Source: Kiritimatiellia bacterium
GTDB taxonomy: Bacteria > Verrucomicrobiota > Kiritimatiellia > RFP12 > UBA1067
Assembly: GCA_045536845.1 (NCBI GenBank)
Contig: JAZSOG010000052.1
Location: 8,932-72,931, forward strand
Length of the DNA: 64,000 nt
Direction of reading: 5' to 3'
In this document: piece by piece, positions 57,080-64,000 of the stretch
Layout: each line of letters begins with the position of its first letter
Numbering within the stretch: position 1 is the first letter of the stretch
Position numbers and translations under genes: made by a program
Notes under the pieces: model-generated
The model's input: the letters and a program-made list of their open reading frames with translations, nothing else
Told to the model about the DNA's origin: nothing
Databases searched by the model: none

Positions 57080-58124
57080 TTCGTTTGTCCTTTCTTATTG
57101 CGTTGCTTCTGTTCATGATGCCGACGAGCGTGAGCATGACGGGGACCTCGACGAGGACGCCCACGACGGTCGCAAGTGCGACGGGCGAGGCCGTGCCGAA
57201 GAGCGAGACGGCGACCGCCACGGAAAGCTCGAAGAAGTTGGACGCGCCGATCATCGCGGCGGGTGCCGTGATCTCGCGCGGGAGCGCAAGACGGCGGCAG
57301 ACGCTCCGCGTCAGGAAGAAGACGAGAAACGTCTGCACCACGAGCGGCACGGCGATCAGCGCGATGTGCAGCGGGTTGCCGAGGATCACGCGCCCCTGGA
57401 ACGCGAACACGAGAACGAGTGTGGCAAGGAGTCCGCCCATCGTGAGCGGGGAGAACTTCGGGATGAACCTCTCGCGGAAGAACGCCTCGCCCCGCCGCCT
57501 CACCACCACGCCTCTCACGGCCACGCCGAGACCGAGCGGCACCACGACGAAGAGGACGACAGACGCGAGTAGCGTGCCCCACGGCACGGCGACTCCGCCC
57601 ACGCCCAGAAGGAACTTCACGGTCGGCGCGAAGGTGACGAGGATGATGAGGTCGTTCGTCGCCACCTGCACCACCGTGTAGGCCGCGTCGCCTTTCGTCA
57701 GCTGCGACCACACGAAGACCATTGCCGTGCAGGGAGCCGCCCCGAGAAGAACCGCCCCGGCGAGGTAGTCGTTCGCAAGGTCGGACGGAATCCACGCGCG
57801 GAACGCGACGCGGAAGAAAAGCCACGCGACCGCAAACATCGTGAACGGCTTGACGAGCCAGTTCACGACCCAGGTCACGAAGAGACCGCGCGGTTCGCGC
57901 CAGACGTTCCGAATGCTGGTGAAATCGACCTTGAGCATCATCGGAAATATCATTAGCCAGATGAGTATGGCGACCGGGACGGACACGTGCGCGACCTCTA
58001 AGCGTTCCAGCGAGGCGGGGACGGCGGGGAGAAATCTTCCGATGAGGATTCCCGCCGCCATGCAAAGGGCGACCCAGATCGTGAGGTGCCGGTCGAAGAA
58101 GGAAATGCCGTTCAACTGTTTCAT
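57072..58124 (-). CDS. acr3: Arsenite efflux transporter Acr3
   Basis: WVVNWLVKPF, GAAPCTAMVFVWS, GASNFFELSVAVA, GVLVEVPVML. Confidence 0.97.
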   Translation of the reverse strand: MKQLNGISFFDRHLTIWVALCMAAGILIGRFLPAVPASLERLEVAHVSVPVAILIWLMIFPMMLKVDFTSIRNVWREPRGLFVTWVVNWLVKPFTMFAVAWLFFRVAFRAWIPSDLANDYLAGAVLLGAAPCTAMVFVWSQLTKGDAAYTVVQVATNDLIILVTFAPTVKFLLGVGGVAVPWGTLLASVVLFVVVPLGLGVAVRGVVVRRRGEAFFRERFIPKFSPLTMGGLLATLVLVFAFQGRVILGNPLHIALIAVPLVVQTFLVFFLTRSVCRRLALPREITAPAAMIGASNFFELSVAVAVSLFGTASPVALATVVGVLVEVPVMLTLVGIMNRSNAIRKDKRND

Positions 58125-58137
58125 TTTCGCGTTCCTT

Positions 58138-59103
58138 TCAGTATGCGAGGTTGAGAATCCAGCCCGTGAGGGTGAAGAACAGGAGCAGATAGGCGGCGAA
58201 AACGGCCAGCAGCTTCACTGACATCACCTTCCTGAGCATGATGAACTCCGGCACGGAGGCTGCTGCGGCGGGGAGCATGAACGCAAACGCCGTGCCGACG
58301 GGGAGTCCCTTTTCGATGAGCGCGGCGGCGACGGGCACGACGCTCGTCACGTTCGCGTATGTCGGAATGCCGACAGCAACCGCCAGCGGGACGCTCCACC
58401 ACTCGCCGCCGCCGAGGTGCGCGGAGACGAACCCCTCCGGCACGAACCCGTGGAGCGCCGCGCCAAGCCCGATGCCGACGACGACCCACGGCGCGATGGC
58501 GGCGAGGATCGTGCGTGTCTCGTTCAGCGCGAAGCGGTGGCGCGAGACCTTCTGAGGGGCGGATTTCTTGCAGCAGCAACAACTTGTTTCCGTTTCCGTC
58601 TCGTCGGGCAGGTCGAGGAAGCGGTCGGCGCAGATGGCGTCGAAAAACATTCCGCCGATCACGCCCGCTCCCATTCCCAGCGCAACGTAGAGCGAGGTCA
58701 GCACCCAGCCAAGCGAGCCGCCGAGCATCACGACGGCCGCCTCGTTCACCGTCGGCAACGTGATTAGGAACGCCATCGTGATTCCGATGGGAATCCTCGC
58801 CGCCGCGAACCCGAGGAAGAGCGGTATCGACGAACACGAACAGAATGGCGTAAGCGCGCCGAGCGCCGCCGCGAGAAAATAGCAGACGAAACGGTTTCTG
58901 CCGGAGAGGAAGTCGCGTATCCTCTTCGCGTCCACGCCAGCGCGGACGTAGCCGATGACGTAGATCATCACGGCGAGCAGGAAAAACATCTTGGGGATGT
59001 CCTCAAGGAAGAACGCCACGGCGTCCCCCGCCTTGCTGCCTTCGGCAAATCCGAGGACGTTGTAGGTTAGCCAGTTGGCTAAATGTGTGAATCCTTTGAG
59101 CAT
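58138..59103 (-). CDS. ArsP/DUF318-family permease
   Basis: LTPFCSCSSIPLF, GAALHGFVP, GIPTYAN. Confidence 0.88.
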   Translation of the reverse strand: MLKGFTHLANWLTYNVLGFAEGSKAGDAVAFFLEDIPKMFFLLAVMIYVIGYVRAGVDAKRIRDFLSGRNRFVCYFLAAALGALTPFCSCSSIPLFLGFAAARIPIGITMAFLITLPTVNEAAVVMLGGSLGWVLTSLYVALGMGAGVIGGMFFDAICADRFLDLPDETETETSCCCCKKSAPQKVSRHRFALNETRTILAAIAPWVVVGIGLGAALHGFVPEGFVSAHLGGGEWWSVPLAVAVGIPTYANVTSVVPVAAALIEKGLPVGTAFAFMLPAAAASVPEFIMLRKVMSVKLLAVFAAYLLLFFTLTGWILNLAY

Positions 59104-59128
59104 TGCTTGCTATTCCTTTTCTGTTGTC

Positions 59129-59148
59129 GTTTAGTTGAGTTGCTAAAT
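59129..59148. promoter_or_regulatory. Candidate second ArsR box between arsR and the permease
   Basis: GTTTAGTT-GAGT-TGCTAAAT shares a half-site with the box at 59479-59498. Confidence 0.5.
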
Positions 59149-59168
59149 AATCGGGCGAAAAAAGAGCC

Positions 59169-59480
59169 TTACCCTCGCCGTGACTTCAGGCAGTCGAGCA
59201 TCTGGGCGATGCACGGGCAGGAAAGCCTGTAATAGACCTGCTTTCCGCGTTTCTCGTCTGTGACCGCGCCGGCGTCCTTCAGAACGGAGAGGTGTCGGCT
59301 GATGGTCGGGAACTCGTCGCCCACGGCCTTCACGAATTCGCAGACGCAATGCTCCGCGCCGTCGGAAAGCTGCTCGACGATCCACAGGCGCGTCGGGTGG
59401 CCGAGTGCTTTGAAGAAGTCCGCGTTGGACTGTAGTGCCGCTTTGTCGTACTTTTTCATCTGATATGCCTTAAAAAACAT
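59169..59480 (-). CDS. arsR: ArsR/SmtB-family As(III)-sensing repressor
   Basis: FKALGHPTRL, HCVCE, ISRHLSVLKDAG; alternative start at 59459. Confidence 0.93.
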   Translation of the reverse strand: MFFKAYQMKKYDKAALQSNADFFKALGHPTRLWIVEQLSDGAEHCVCEFVKAVGDEFPTISRHLSVLKDAGAVTDEKRGKQVYYRLSCPCIAQMLDCLKSRRG

Positions 59481-59514
59481 TTAGCAGTATAGCAAAATGT
59501 CCTGGATGTGTCAA
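59479..59514 (-). promoter_or_regulatory. arsR promoter with overlapping operator
   Basis: Minus strand TTGACA-17-TATACT; dyad ATTTAGCA-GTAT-AGCAAAAT at 59479-59498 over the -10. Confidence 0.85.
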
Positions 59515-59674
59515 TGGGCAAGGTGAATTTAAAATCTTCTGCAGCGGAGAACTCCTTGCCCTTGCCCTTCGTGGTAGGTGGATTCTCCAACCAATAGATG
59601 GCGTAGAACTGCTGCGGCTTTGCCATCACGCTACCCCCGCTCAACAGGACGATGCCTGCTGCAAAACCGCCGAC

Positions 59675-60298
59675 TCATGCCCTGTTGCCGCGCTTCCACT
59701 GCGCTTTCACGTATTTTGGCATGTCGCTGTATCTGATGCCGACGAGAAGTGTCATCGTCTTCTGCAGCATGCCGAAACAAAGGATCATGAGCAAGGGGCC
59801 GAAAACATAATCGTACCATGCGCCGAGATGATTGCAGACAAGATACGCGATTAGGACAACGCTCTCGGTTGCCTCAAGGATGGCAGTGACCATACCGGGC
59901 GTGTAGGGAGTCTTACGCTGGAAAAGCCGGATTCCCACAATGTGGACAGCGCCCTCAATAATGCCGAAAGTGGCGACGGCAACGGCAAGAAGAATCGTGG
60001 AGTCGAAGATGAAAGGGACGACCGTAATCAGCAAGAGGAGGATTCCTGCAGGAATGCGGCTCGCCCGCTTGATTTCACCGCTGACATCAATTTGTATGAG
60101 TCCTGCTATCATGTCAACAAACCCGCCTGGATACATGCCTTCTTCCCATTCATGCAGAACGAAGAAGACGGAATAGATGACCATGAACTTCTGGATCGAC
60201 GACAACTCTCCCATGAACGCCGGAACCGTCAGCAGCGTCATGGCGATGACGGTATAGATCTCAAGTGCGTAGTGCTTTATGAATTTCCAGAGCGTCAT
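59675..60298 (-). CDS. HXXEE-domain membrane protein
   Basis: LHEWEE, YTPGMVTA; multi-TM. Confidence 0.85.
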   Translation of the reverse strand: MTLWKFIKHYALEIYTVIAMTLLTVPAFMGELSSIQKFMVIYSVFFVLHEWEEGMYPGGFVDMIAGLIQIDVSGEIKRASRIPAGILLLLITVVPFIFDSTILLAVAVATFGIIEGAVHIVGIRLFQRKTPYTPGMVTAILEATESVVLIAYLVCNHLGAWYDYVFGPLLMILCFGMLQKTMTLLVGIRYSDMPKYVKAQWKRGNRA

Positions 60299-60310
60299 AT
60301 CATTTTACTT

Positions 60311-60871
60311 TCACTTCATCAGCTCGTTGCCACAGTTGAACGCCTTTGCCACGGCATCTCCCATGATGCGATAGACGTGGCCGCAAGTGTCGAAGCAGAT
60401 CGGCTTCATCTTCGCGGCGTCGGGCTTTCCGTCGGTAAGCGCCGCTTCCTCGACCGCGCAGTTGACGATCTTCCCGACAACGTTGCAGTTCTCTTCGTTC
60501 ATCGAGACAAGCTCACATTCGAGAACGAGCGGCAGCTCGTTGACAACGGGCGCGTCAACGAACTCGCTCTTCGTGAGCGTGAAGCCGCTCTTGGCGACCT
60601 TGTCGGGCGTCTTGTTGCCGCTGACGAGTCCCAAGTAGTCGCAAGCCGCTACCTTGTCAGCAGTGCCGAAGGCGACGGTGAACGCCTTTCGCGCCGCGAT
60701 GTTGCCTCAAGTCTTGTGCGAGGTGTCGATGCAAATCGTTATTTCGTCTTCGAGCGTGATCCCGCCCCATGCGGCGTTCATCACGTCAGGCGTTCCGTCT
60801 TCCCCGTATGTTCCGATCATCAACACCGGCATCGGAAACATCCAGTTCTTTTTCCCAAGGTTCTTTTTCAT
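60311..60871 (-). pseudogene. Flavin reductase/flavoredoxin with a single in-frame TGA at codon 55
   Basis: MKKNLG..PMPVLMIGTY..NAAWGG..HKT*GNIAARKAFTV..PLVLEC..PICFD; TGA at 60709-60707, frame otherwise intact. Confidence 0.85.
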
Positions 60872-60934
60872 GTCTTTGTCCTTTCTTTATGTTGTCTCAC
60901 GCGGAGTCGCGGAGGCACGATTTCATCTTAGTTG

Positions 60935-61399
60935 TTATGTTCCTGATAGTTGCCTGTAGCACTCGTATGCGGCGATGGATACGGCGTTTGCAAGGTTGAT
61001 GCTTCGCGCGTGTTCGCCGGGCATGGGGATCTTGAAAAGCGATTCTTTGTAGCGGGTGTAGAAGTCCTTCGGAAGTCCTGACGATTCGTTGCCGAACACA
61101 AGCGCGTCGCCTTCGGAAAAACGGCATTTGTATAGTGACTTCTCGCCGTGCGTCGAGAGAAAGAAGAGTCGCTTGGGCTTTGCCGCCGCAAGATACTCAT
61201 CCCAAGTGTCGTGAAGCGTGACGTCGAGATGCGGCCAGTAGTCGAGACCAGCGCGGACGACGTAGCGGTCGTCGAGGGCGAAGCCGAGGGGCCTGACGAG
61301 ATGAAGCGGCACGCCCAGCCCCACGCAGAGCCGGCCTATCGCCCCCGTGTTGTGCGGGATTTCAGGACGCAGAAGAACGATTGAAAAGCTATGCTTCAT
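60935..61399 (-). CDS. trmL: tRNA (cytidine/uridine-34 2'-O)-methyltransferase (SPOUT)
   Basis: PEIPHNTGAIGRLC, RAGLDYW, FGNESSGLP, RSINLANAV. Confidence 0.93.
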   Translation of the reverse strand: MKHSFSIVLLRPEIPHNTGAIGRLCVGLGVPLHLVRPLGFALDDRYVVRAGLDYWPHLDVTLHDTWDEYLAAAKPKRLFFLSTHGEKSLYKCRFSEGDALVFGNESSGLPKDFYTRYKESLFKIPMPGEHARSINLANAVSIAAYECYRQLSGT

Positions 61400-62102
61400 G
61401 TTCGAACCGCCACCCGAAGTCGTTGTGGTAGATCATGTTGCGGGTCATGCCGCCGTCAATGCAGATGTTCTCGCCCGTGATGAAGCCCGCCTTGTCGGAA
61501 GCGAGGTAGAGAACCATGTTGGCGATGTCCATCGGATTGCCGACTCGTCCCGCGAAGTGCTGCGTGGCGTCCGGCCCGTCATAGGTTTTGAACGAAGTGT
61601 CGATCCAGCCGGGCGAGATCGAATTGACGCGGACGCGCCCCGCGAGACTCGCTGCGAGCGCGTGCGTGAGCGCGGCGATTCCGCCTTTGGCCGCCGTGTA
61701 GCTCTCGCTCTGCGGCTGGCTCATCCTGTCGCGGGAGGACGAGATGTTGATTATAGACGCTCCCTCGGCGAAGTTGCCCTTGAAAAGCTTTGCGAGATAG
61801 AAGGGCGCGGCAACGCCGACCGCCTGCGCGTAGGCGAACTCCTCGTATGAGCAATCGTCGATGCCCTTGAATAGCGGCAGCGCGTTGTTGACGAGAACGT
61901 CGACCTTTCCGCTCTTCGCGACGACGTCCGCAGCGAACCGCTCAAGCGTCGCCTTGTCCGCGAGATCGCCCACGAACCACGGCCCCTGCTGGATGTCGAT
62001 TACGTAAACCGTCGCCCCCTCGTGCGTGAAGCATTCGGCGATGCATTTGCCGATCCCCTGCGCCCCGCCGGTGACAACCACAACCTTGTCCTTGAACGTC
62101 AT
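61389..62102 (-). CDS. Short-chain dehydrogenase/reductase
   Basis: TGGAQGIG, NNA, YTAAK, VNSISPGWI. Confidence 0.95.
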   Translation of the reverse strand: MTFKDKVVVVTGGAQGIGKCIAECFTHEGATVYVIDIQQGPWFVGDLADKATLERFAADVVAKSGKVDVLVNNALPLFKGIDDCSYEEFAYAQAVGVAAPFYLAKLFKGNFAEGASIINISSSRDRMSQPQSESYTAAKGGIAALTHALAASLAGRVRVNSISPGWIDTSFKTYDGPDATQHFAGRVGNPMDIANMVLYLASDKAGFITGENICIDGGMTRNMIYHNDFGWRFEHEA

Positions 62103-62160
62103 TTCATACCCTCCAGCAGTTCATTTTACATTGTCTTGCGTCTTGCGCCGCGAGGCTGTC

Positions 62161-63168
62161 CTACTTTGAAGAGCACTTGCTATGGCCCATAGCCACCGGT
62201 CGCACCATGTTGTAGACCATCATTATCGCCAAGAACGCGGCCGACGCCCAGTGGACGGCGGAAAGCGAATGGCCCGCGGCGGCGGTCACGGAAGTCGCGG
62301 GAAGCGCATCCGGGACAAAGTTGATCGCGATGCCGCAGAGAATCGCGCCGATGACGATCACGGCGACGTACGCGGCGGCGGCCTTGCGCCCGACAAGCGC
62401 GGCGACGGTCGTGAGCGACATTGCGTTCATCGCAGGGCCTACCATCAGGAAGACGAATGCCGCGCCGGGCGAGACGCCCTTTGCGACAAGTGACGCGGCA
62501 ATCGGAATAGACGCCGTCGAGCAGACGTACATCGGAAAACCCACAAGCGCCATAACAGGCATTGCGATCCAGTCGCTGCCGTGGAAGGCGTCTGCGAAAA
62601 AGTTGTCCGGGACAAGCACCGTGACGAGAGCGGAGACGGCGAGTCCGACGGCAAGCGGCTTTGCGACCGAGCCGAGAAGCCGCCTGTACGCCTGCCAGAA
62701 TATCGCCTTGATCCCGCGAGAACCCGCGGCCGATTCCTCGACGGCGACGGTAGACGCATCCTCTCCGCCGACAGCGGAGACCACCGCTCCGCCTACGACG
62801 CCCGTAAGCGCGGCGGCGATCGGACGCGCGACGGCGAAGACGGGTCCGAGCAGGGCATAGGTCGCGAGGATTGAATCGATGCCCGTCTGCGGCGTGGAGA
62901 TGAGAAGGGCGGCGGTAGGACCTTTCCCCGCGCCGTGCTTGCGAAGCCCGGCCGCAATCGGCAGCACGCCGCACGAGCAGATCGGAAGCGGAACTCCGAT
63001 CGCGACGGCGCGGAGAATTCCGCGAAAGCCTGAGCTGCCGCCCATCATGCGGTTCACCCAGCTGCGAGGAATCCACACGGCGATGATCCCCGCCATCAGG
63101 AATCCGAACACAAGCCACGGCGCCATCATGGCGAACACGTGGACAAACGCAATCAATATGTCTTTCAT
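62161..63168 (-). CDS. DUF318-family metal-efflux permease (SO_0444-like)
   Basis: PLPICSCGVLP, STPQTGIDS, PMYVCSTAS. Confidence 0.85.
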   Translation of the reverse strand: MKDILIAFVHVFAMMAPWLVFGFLMAGIIAVWIPRSWVNRMMGGSSGFRGILRAVAIGVPLPICSCGVLPIAAGLRKHGAGKGPTAALLISTPQTGIDSILATYALLGPVFAVARPIAAALTGVVGGAVVSAVGGEDASTVAVEESAAGSRGIKAIFWQAYRRLLGSVAKPLAVGLAVSALVTVLVPDNFFADAFHGSDWIAMPVMALVGFPMYVCSTASIPIAASLVAKGVSPGAAFVFLMVGPAMNAMSLTTVAALVGRKAAAAYVAVIVIGAILCGIAINFVPDALPATSVTAAAGHSLSAVHWASAAFLAIMMVYNMVRPVAMGHSKCSSK

Positions 63169-63217
63169 AGTTGTATGTCTTTCATAGTTGGTAGTTGATA
63201 GATGATAGTTGGTAGTT
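63158..63217. repeat. 16-bp duplication (period 17) of the permease start plus a 7-nt periodic array
   Basis: ATGTCTTTCATAGTTG at 63158 and 63175; TAGTTGG TAGTTGA TAGATGA TAGTTGG from 63185. Confidence 0.9.
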
Positions 63218-63224
63218 CGATTGC

Positions 63225-63503
63225 CTACGCCATCTTCGAAAAACTCTCGAGCGCCTCCGCGAACGACTCGATCGTCTCGTCGGCGTTGCCCTTTTCGATG
63301 CCCTCGCGCACGCAGTGGCGGAGATGCCCGTCGAGCACGATGAACGACAGGCGGTGGAGCGCTCCGTTCGCCGCGTTGAGCTGCGTGAGGATGTCCTCGC
63401 ATGGAATGTCCTCTGCGAGCATCTTCTGGACGCCAGTCAGCTGGCCGATGATCTTCTTCAGCCGCAGCTGAAGCGCCGTCACGTCTTCTATGCATTTCCT
63501 CAT
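63225..63503 (-). CDS. CsoR/RcnR-family metal-sensing repressor
   Basis: RLKKIIGQL, PCEDILTQL, HLRHCV. Confidence 0.93.
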   Translation of the reverse strand: MRKCIEDVTALQLRLKKIIGQLTGVQKMLAEDIPCEDILTQLNAANGALHRLSFIVLDGHLRHCVREGIEKGNADETIESFAEALESFSKMA

Positions 63504-63534
63504 CTTCAGTCCTTCCTTGACCTTTTGGCAATAT

Positions 63535-63564
63535 ATTATACCATACCCCCGTAGGGTATGTCAA
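63535..63564 (-). promoter_or_regulatory. csoR promoter with G/C-tract operator
   Basis: Minus strand TTGACA-18-TATAAT; dyad CATACCC-ccgta-GGGTATG at 63542-63560. Confidence 0.88.
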
Positions 63565-63600
63565 AGCGTCAGCTACGAATCATGCCGAGCGGGAATTGCG

Positions 63601-64000
63601 TCACCTAGACAAAATCTGCGCTTTTTCCGATGTCGACACATCCGCGTCGACGAGTCGCGGAATTCTGACGACCGACTGCCGCAATATGCTGTCACCCGCC
63701 TCGACCATCTCGAGCCGTCCGGACACGGTTATCGGAGAGTCTATCGACTGCCATTTTGCCGCCCATCCTTCAGAATCGGACGGAACGAACTCAAGCACGA
63801 AACCCGTCGAACAGCAGGAACAGCCGCCGGGGGTGTCCATACTGCACCCGAAATACCGCTTGCCGTCCTCTTCGTCGACGCGGGTGACAAGACTGCCGAA
63901 TATGCGAAGCGTCTTGCCCTCAAACTCGGCCGGGTTCGCGTTGAGCCGGTATTCGCACGTGAAGCGGGCAGTCTGGCTCATCCGCGTCAAGTCGATGTCA
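63601..64000 (-). CDS. Conserved hypothetical Cys-containing, OB-fold-like protein; 5' end beyond the window
   Basis: IDLTRMS..GKTLRIFG..YFGC..GCSCC..EF; frame open to the window edge. Confidence 0.6.
   Translation of the reverse strand, partial: DIDLTRMSQTARFTCEYRLNANPAEFEGKTLRIFGSLVTRVDEEDGKRYFGCSMDTPGGCSCCSTGFVLEFVPSDSEGWAAKWQSIDSPITVSGRLEMVEAGDSILRQSVVRIPRLVDADVSTSEKAQILSR

Noticed and set aside
59520-59674. Short minus-strand ORF MAKPQQFYAIYWLENPP.. between the HXXEE gene and arsR
   Set aside because: Runs through the arsR promoter and has no recognisable family; at most a remnant
60707-60709. Genome-wide TGA reassignment
   Set aside because: TGA is the evident stop for holA, glnA, nrdD, nrdG and many other genes here
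28809-63560. Similarity between the TetR operator (CATACCCGTAGGTATG) and the CsoR operator (CATACCCCCGTAGGGTATG)
   Set aside because: Each fits its own family pattern (TACATAC dyad versus G/C tracts) and half-site spacing differs by 3 bp, so cross-regulation is unsupported

Overview
A 64-kb bacterial chromosomal window, mostly high-GC. A Gram-negative PVC-type anaerobe such as a gut or rumen Kiritimatiellia is my inference from gene content and protein style, not something the sequence proves. Housekeeping and transport blocks: holA operon, GldAFG-like ABC system, type III glutamine synthetase, nrdDG, tRNA-Pro(TGG), TetR-RND efflux operon, feoAB, trmL. These alternate with accessory segments: (i) a visibly lower-GC 15.7-25.6 kb island with an ATPase bracketed by IS200-like hairpin repeats, two uncharacterised glycoside-hydrolase-like proteins and a passenger-like protein; (ii) two convergent paralogous Na/Pi-cotransporter + PhoBR-like modules sharing an 11-bp tandem operator; (iii) a lower-GC 2.1-kb cassette of a secreted alpha/beta-hydrolase plus a secreted partner, inserted between a LysR gene and its probable target operon, which is my best candidate for an undescribed toxin-immunity system; (iv) an arsR-arsP-acr3-arsF-arsG organoarsenical-type operon and a CsoR-permease unit. 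Window-wide patterns: leaderless-type promoters, tandem duplications across start codons, and 7-nt and 9-nt periodic micro-repeats. No CRISPR array, rRNA, intact transposase or integrase was seen. All family calls come from motif recognition by eye; no database search was run.
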